Source of the DNA: Octopus bimaculoides
Taxonomy: Eukaryota
Direction of reading: 5' to 3'
DNA length: 40,552 bases
Assembly (NCBI RefSeq): GCF_001194135.2
Contig: NC_068981.1
Location: 27,306,927-27,347,478, forward strand
Shown here piece after piece: positions 34,561-40,552 of this stretch (within the stretch, counting starts at the first letter, position 1; every line of letters begins with the position of its first letter). A program made the translations under genes and the position numbers. The notes under the pieces are model-generated. The model was not told where the DNA came from and did no database searches. It worked only from the letters and a program-made list of their open reading frames with translations.

Positions 34561-35029
34561 TGAAAGGAAAAACACATACACACGCACACATTCAGACACA
34601 TAGTCACTGATATGCAGACACACACACACGCACGTATATGCAAGCAAACAACGCTACACACTTTTCTGATAAGCTTCGTCTCACAATCTCAATTTTATGA
34701 CACCAATGATATTTTACATTGCGTTTCACATGATACCTACATGTAATTAGAAGGTTCCGTGCTCCTCAGTGTGTTATTTATGATGTGCAGACAACACAAG
34801 TATATTCCTATCTAGAAACACAGAGGCACACATGTATATGTACATACATACGCACAAACACGCACGACAGTACGCACACACACACACGCATACGTAAACA
34901 CACACACAAATATAAATAGATATTGGCGCATATATGTACACATGCGTATGTATGTATATGTACATATGCATTGGTACGCAAACATACACACGAATACATA
35001 CATATATATATATATATAAATATATATAG

Positions 35030-35066
<37 letters not shown>

Positions 35067-35067
35067 T

Positions 35068-35132
<65 letters not shown>

Positions 35133-35761
35133 ATGTAAGCAAGAGAGAGGAAGAAAGATAGGATTTGATACACAAACGGAGAGATAGACAGACAAATAGA
35201 CAGATTGGCAGAATGAAAAAAAGGTAGATAGTTATAAGCGTTCATGCATATGAACATAATTATATGTCTATGTATTTTTCTATGAATGAAAGCATTTGTG
35301 TGCGCGCGTGTAAGTGTGTGTTAAAAAGTCATGAAGTGTAGTTGAACGATGAATCTGTGGTTAAGTATACAGTGCGTGTGCGTACTACATTTTATTTGAG
35401 CATTTATAGACGTGTTGAGTGACATGATGGGGTGGTAGTCACACTATGCATGTGATTATGCAATGTATATAAGTGTTACCAGGACGAATAGTGCTTTTGA
35501 GTAACAGTATATATAATGAGTGAGCGTGCGTTTGTGCGTGCGTGTGCGTGTGTGTTGCTCAAGTGTGTGTGTGCACACATGAGTGCGTATGAGTTTTTAG
35601 ATTCTCGTAAACATGCTGCATTGTACATGCAGTGGTTTGCCTCTCTAATCTTTGTAATTAAAGGTTCTCTTTTTACTCATTGGTCAATAACGTTCAGTTT
35701 TGTTCCAAAGTAAGATAATTATTCCTTGTCCATGGACGTTTCGTGATTCCATCTCCTTAGG

Positions 35762-35975
35762 TGGCAAGCTGGCAGAATCGTTAGCACGTTAGACAAAAAG
35801 CTAAGCGGTATGTCGCCCGTCGCAACGTTCTGAGTTCAAATTTCACCGGAATCGACTTTGCTTTTCGTCCTTTCGGGGTCGTTAAATTAAGTACCAGTGA
35901 AACACTGGGGTCGATGCAATCGACTAGACCCTCCCCACAAATTTCAGACCTTGTGCCTATAGTAGAAAAGAGATT
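35762..35975 (+). mobile_element. SINE family A, near full length
   Basis: gctggcagaatcgttagcacg...acgttctgagttcaaatt...cctttcggggtcgttaaattaagtaccagtgaaacactggggtcgat...ccttgtgcctatagtagaaaaga. Confidence 0.92.
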
Positions 35976-37097
35976 CCCTCTCCTTCAAATATTACCCTGC
36001 CTTGCAAAAACTGTAAATGATGTTATAAATGATGAAACTGACAAAATAGCCATTGCATGATTCAACATTGTTTAGCGGATAAAATCAACCAAGTCTCGTT
36101 GTGAATTTAATTTATGATGTATCTGTGTGCTAATTTTTAGTTTATGTTTTAGTATAAACAAATGTTTTTCTCTAGTTTTCATGTGCTAATTATTGCAAAT
36201 TACGCTGCAAAGAATCTCTGTAAATGTATGGAGAATTAATGAAAAACCTTCTGAATCTGTGCCCAGGACAACTGGGTCATAAGTATTACAACTTTTTTAA
36301 TTACATTAAAATGCTAGTATTAAAGTGGTTGTTGGAAGTATGCATACATGCGCATATATAGATACTTTGAAACATACATACAAACATGTGTGTGCGTGTG
36401 TGTTTTAGTGGGGGCGTAGAAACACAGCCATTTTTAAGGAACCTTGATTCGATGGTATGCACAGAGTTTCAAATAATATATTAAATAAAATATATGAAAA
36501 TTAGGAATATGTTACCGTCACCATACTCCTTGCATACACCCCCACCCACAATTAAATGCCTCAATTTTCTATATTGATCATATAATCTCTAACACATATA
36601 TGCTAAATTGCTTATGGATACCGTAGAAACGTTGTTTAAATCATCTGATGAGTAAAGATAGCAAAAACATTGATATAAGACAATTGGTAGGTAAGTATTC
36701 CTCGAACATGATAAAATTACAACTTTTCAATATGTGTCAAATGGAAATCATTTTCAGAAAATGTATACATCTTTTAAATGATTTTCTTTTGTTTTTCAGA
36801 TTATTTCAGTGTTGAATTGTATTATAATTTTACAAAAATTTAAACTCTAATAATTTAAGTGTATATATAATTATTTCTTTATTGCCCACAAGGGGCTAAA
36901 CATGGAGGGGACAAACAAGGACAGGGGCAACTAGAAGTAAAAGCTGTAAATCAGGATTTGGATTTCCTGCAGAATTTTCTATATCAATAACCCCATCAAG
37001 GGCTGATATATTCCGATATTATTTATACATAAGAAAACATGAAAGACGGTAGTGAAGTGAAAGCACGTTATAAAAATGAAACTACTGAATAATAATA

Positions 37098-37595
37098 ATA
37101 ATAATAATCCAATATTCTGCTTAATACCACAGATTTGCTTGTCAGTTGTGTGACCTTAACCAGTTGAACATGTCCCTTGCTGGCTGACGATATGTGCGTC
37201 TCTGATAACGAGCAGAAGTAGTGGGGGAGCATCATAAGCATATGTTGAGAGGAATTCTTNNNNNNNNNNGTGTTGAGAGGAATTCTTTGGGGTTTGAATA
37301 ATTTACCTTTGGAAACATGCGTGTTTTGCTCAACATCATTAAACAAACCTTATTCAGGGACCTTTTGGGCGAGATAGGCTACTCGACCTGAAGAAAATAC
37401 TAACTACGCCCCACCTGCGAGGTCATGCTCTGTTTATCTTGATATAAGATCACCATGTTGCGCACATATGATTGTGCTGCATGTGCCTGGTGTACCCTTA
37501 TCAGACGAGTAGTCATGATGGGTATAATGGGCTTCGGATATTTTACCCCAGTGTCACTTTGATGGCATGCGTTGCTCTCTCACTCAATTCATTCT
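37098..37595 (+). mobile_element. Family D repeat, 5'-truncated copy starting right after (AAT)n
   Basis: (aat)n then aatattctgcttaataccacagatttgcttgtcag...ccccagtgtcactttgatggcatgcgttgctctctcactcaat. It contains a 10-N gap at 37260-37269. Confidence 0.85.
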
Positions 37596-37604
37596 AAGGT
37601 CAAA

Positions 37605-37720
37605 TACCACGGGACTCGTTTTTTTACTTTCATCTCCTTCGGGTTCGATAAAATAAATACCTGTCTAGCAACCTCACCTCACAAAATCTCACACCTGGCC
37701 TCTATAATGGAAAGGATTAT
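37605..37720 (+). mobile_element. SINE family A, 3' part
   Basis: ctttcatctccttcgggttcgataaaataatacctg...cctggcctctataatggaaaggattatt. Confidence 0.6.
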
Positions 37721-37729
37721 TAGCCGCCG

Positions 37730-37736
37730 TAGCAGT

Positions 37737-37768
<32 letters not shown>

Positions 37769-37773
37769 TAGTT

Positions 37774-37822
<49 letters not shown>

Positions 37823-37980
37823 CACTGGTGGTGGTATTAGTTGTAGTAAGACTATTTCTAGTATCAGTAATGACAAAGCTAGTGATGGTAGTGGTGGTGG
37901 TGGTGGTGGTGGTGGTTATAATTGTAGTAGTAATATTAGTAGTAATAATAGCAACAGCAGCAGCAGCAGTGGTAGTGCTA
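37730..37980. repeat. Compound trinucleotide microsatellite (GCA/GTA/GGT)
   Basis: Direct reading. It is the source of the poly-S/poly-L ORFs. Confidence 0.95.
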
Positions 37981-38147
37981 TTTGGTTAAACATATTCTAA
38001 ATGGTTGAAAGACGATAACAAAAAAAAAAGTTGAAAAATCAATATTTGCCAATAACGTCACTTTCTATAAATAAATGATAATGCCACACTGTCAGTATTC
38101 TGCTAAGTCTATCAAAGACGAAGATTTCTGCACTGTTAAGTGGAGAA

Positions 38148-38229
<82 letters not shown>

Positions 38230-38230
38230 A

Positions 38231-38318
38231 AAGCAAACATCGAGAGAGCCAAACAATGGTATGAACACAAGCCAAAGGGAGTAGTGGAAAACGAACATTA
38301 CAAAATACTCCGGGAAAT
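38231..38318 (+). mobile_element. Dong/R4-type LINE micro-fragment
   Basis: KQWYEHKPKGVVENEHYKILREI matches the W..H.P..V.EN...KILWDF segment preceding the RLE domain. It follows an (ACT)n(GCT)n run and is cut by a SINE. Confidence 0.7.
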
Positions 38319-38465
38319 TTAGGGAGGGGGGAAGTCGATCTCATCGACCCCAGTATTTGACTGGTACTTAATTTATCAACTCCGAAAGGATGAAAGACAG
38401 CCGATCTCGCCGCTAAGCATTTCGTCCTTTGTCCGGCGTGCTAACGATTCTGCTAGCTCGCCGCC
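38319..38465 (-). mobile_element. SINE family A, internally deleted
   Basis: aagtcgatctcatcgaccccagtatttgactggtacttaatttatc...ttgtccggcgtgctaacgattctgctagctcgccg. Confidence 0.85.
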
Positions 38466-38503
38466 TTTATGATGATGATGATGATGATGATGATAATAAT
38501 AAC

Positions 38504-38560
<57 letters not shown>

Positions 38561-38561
<1 letters not shown>

Positions 38562-38995
38562 GTGCACCCATCTTGAAATGGACACAAGCGGAGATTGACC
38601 AACTCGATCGCACTACCCGAGAATCAATGACAATCCATGGTCCGTCAACCCTAAGGCAAATGTACACAGGCTCTACATGAAGGGAGGTAAAGGTGGACGT
38701 GGGCCGATTAGCGTATGGGAGAACATCAACACTGAAAGAAGAAACATGACAGAATATTTGGGGAACAGCAAACAAGAACTGCTACAGTATGCTGCTAGTG
38801 CTGAAGGAGTTAACAAAAATGGACTTCAGAGTGCTCATGTATTTCGATCAAAAACAGCCAACGAGAGACAAGAAACCCTACTCCGTATGGAATTACATGG
38901 TCAGTTCCACCGTGGAACCAACAAATTAAAAGACCAAAATGCAACATGGAGGTAGCTCAACAAGGGTGACCTAAAAAAGAATACTGAAAGCCTTA
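38561..38995 (+). mobile_element. Dong/R4-type LINE fragment (post-RT region)
   Basis: ILKWTQAEIDQLDRTTRESMTIHG, KGGRGPISV, MELHGQF and W R*LNKGDLKKNTESL. It begins immediately after the (AAT)n run ending at 38560. Confidence 0.85.
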
Positions 38996-39104
38996 CTCTA
39001 TTATCTGCTGATTTTGTATTAGGATAATAGCTGTGGTCAGTCTGCATCTTTGCTGAACCACTGCTGAGTAAGAGGCCTTCCCTTAAAGGTCCAGTTTCAT
39101 TTTC

Positions 39105-39610
39105 GCTGTTACAATCAGCACTATTTTTTGAATTTCTGCCATCTTTGGATTTCCTAGTATCTGAGCTAGGAAGCAATCAGCTCCATTTACTATCATTCTT
39201 AATGCACCTATGACAGGGATTGTTTTAGTCTTGTGGTTCTACATCTTGCCACTTTCTATTTCAAGATCTTTATACTTGCTCAGTTTTTGGTAGGTCTTGA
39301 CAGATACATTTATATCGATTGGGACAGTCGTATCGATGATGAGACATGCTTTTTGTCTGAAGCCCTTCGATATAATGTCTGGCCTATTCGCATCTATCTT
39401 TCTGTCAGTTTGAACGGTGAAGTTCCGGACGAGTGCGATGTAGTCATTTTCAAGCACTGGAGATGGTTTGAGTTCCCACCAGTTTTTATCATGGGGCAGG
39501 TTCAAGTATTAGCATATTACCCAGTGAATATACTGTGCCGTTCTATCAGCCCTGTTGAGATACTCTGTAGACGCAAGAACACTGCAGATAGAGACAACAT
39601 GATCGATTTG
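39105..39610 (-). mobile_element. Dong/R4-type LINE fragment (CCHC remnant plus RLE endonuclease)
   Basis: IDHVVSICSVLASTEYLNRAD...IHWVIC; WWELKPSPVLEN; QTDRKIDANRPDII...IIDTTVPIDINVSVKTYQKLSKYKDL; AEIQKIVL. It begins right after the (AAT)n run at 39611-39665. Confidence 0.9.
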
Positions 39611-39665
<55 letters not shown>

Positions 39666-39668
<3 letters not shown>

Positions 39669-39985
39669 GTTTGACTTTTGCTTTGTATTTGTACAAGTTG
39701 GTTCCAAGTCTCACCCAGAGACCTCAAGAGACAACAAGTTAGAAGTTCACGTTGGTGTTACGCCGAGGGTGTCATATTTGGTTTTGTACATAATATTGTT
39801 CTAGAGAATGCTTAAGAAAACAAGAAAATTATAAGTTTGTTTTAAAATTTGAGATTACGTAGACAGTATTTTACGTAGGATATGGGCAGTTCCCATGAGC
39901 ACTAGCTTTTGAATTTCTGCCATTTCGGAGTTTCCTGGTATCTGAGCTAGGTAGCAATCAGCCCCTTTTGTTATCAATCAGCCTA
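39666..39985 (-). mobile_element. Dong/R4-type LINE extreme 3' end with 3' UTR and AAT tail
   Basis: KGADCYLAQIPGNSEMAEIQKLVLMGTAHILRKILST*, then the UTR ...gaggtctctgggtgagacttgga...caaacatat(aat)n. It is preceded on the minus strand by (AAT)n at about 39993-40025. Confidence 0.88.
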
Positions 39986-39991
39986 TTTTGC

Positions 39992-40073
<82 letters not shown>

Positions 40074-40092
40074 TGGAGTAGTAGCAGCATTG

Positions 40093-40318
40093 TGAAGGCG
40101 GTGGACCGGCAGAATCGTTAGCACGCCGGACAAAATGCTTAGCGTTATTTCGTCTACCTACACATTCTGGATTCAAATGCCGCTGAGGTCGACCTTGTCA
40201 TTCATTCTTTCGGGCGTGGGGAGGGTCGATAAATTAAGTACTAGTTGCGTACTTGGGTCGATCTAATCGACCGGCCTCCTGCCCGCAAAATTTCAAGCCT
40301 TGTGCCTATAGTAGAATG
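40093..40318 (+). mobile_element. SINE family A, near full length
   Basis: gaaggcggtggaccggcagaatcgttagcacgccggacaaaatgcttagcg...gtcgataaattaagtactag...ccttgtgcctatagtagaa. Confidence 0.92.
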
Positions 40319-40337
40319 CATCATTACTATTGTTATT

Positions 40338-40379
<42 letters not shown>

Positions 40380-40552
40380 GGTGAATTATAATTTGTTGTT
40401 GATTTAACGTTCCAGTACAATATTGATTCAACGTGTAATGGACGTTGAAATGCCAGCTGACATATGATGCTAAATCAAGCATGTTGATTCACCGTCCCAA
40501 TTTAACGTCAATATTTATTTTAATAATTAATCATAATCCAATGTTGGTTCAG

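Noticed and set aside
34774-35257. Low-complexity ORFs (YLSI, CV, poly-L/S/N/I) here and throughout the window
   Set aside because: They are translations of GATA, CA, TA and trinucleotide microsatellites, with no protein-like content.
36973-37050. Possible further MAM exon (TPSRAD..RYYLYI), with similar weak hints at 3990-4018, 16990-17080, 25926-26100 and 27400-27520
   Set aside because: The motifs are too short or wrongly spaced to support by eye and are left for an HMM search.
37243-37287. 17-bp direct repeat (tgttgagaggaattctt) resembling a TSD
   Set aside because: It flanks a 10-N gap inside a family D copy whose homologue at 31860-31885 has the sequence once, so it is an assembly overlap artefact.

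Overview
AT-rich, microsatellite-dense eukaryotic genomic DNA with six N-gaps. It is most likely octopus (coleoid cephalopod), inferred from the recognisable tRNA-derived SINE families, TTAGGG units and LINE spectrum. No intact protein-coding gene is supported, and most long ORFs in the track are microsatellite or N-run artefacts. The main hidden feature is a heavily decayed multi-exon + strand gene spanning at least 1.6-34.6 kb. About 15 exon-like blocks, many still bounded by AG/GT splice signals, carry MAM-domain motifs (C.FE...C.W, TPS, DHT, GY.M.I, A.L.SP, C..F.Y..G, G.Q...W, F.I.FEG, IAIDDI) broken by stops and frameshifts. This looks like an unprocessed pseudogene of a tandem-MAM (MALRD1/MAMDC4-like) extracellular protein, identified by eye and needing HMM confirmation. 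Its introns and flanks hold a CR1-type LINE fragment, an RTE LINE 3' half with three C2H2 fingers, a TA-flanked Tc1/mariner relic interrupted by a SINE, and a 623-bp MITE carrying telomeric repeats nested in a SINE. They also hold a foldback-like element with ~260-bp inverted arms, five Dong/R4-type RLE LINE fragments, a non-coding (AAT)n-tailed family that chains into AAT microsatellites, and many SINEs.
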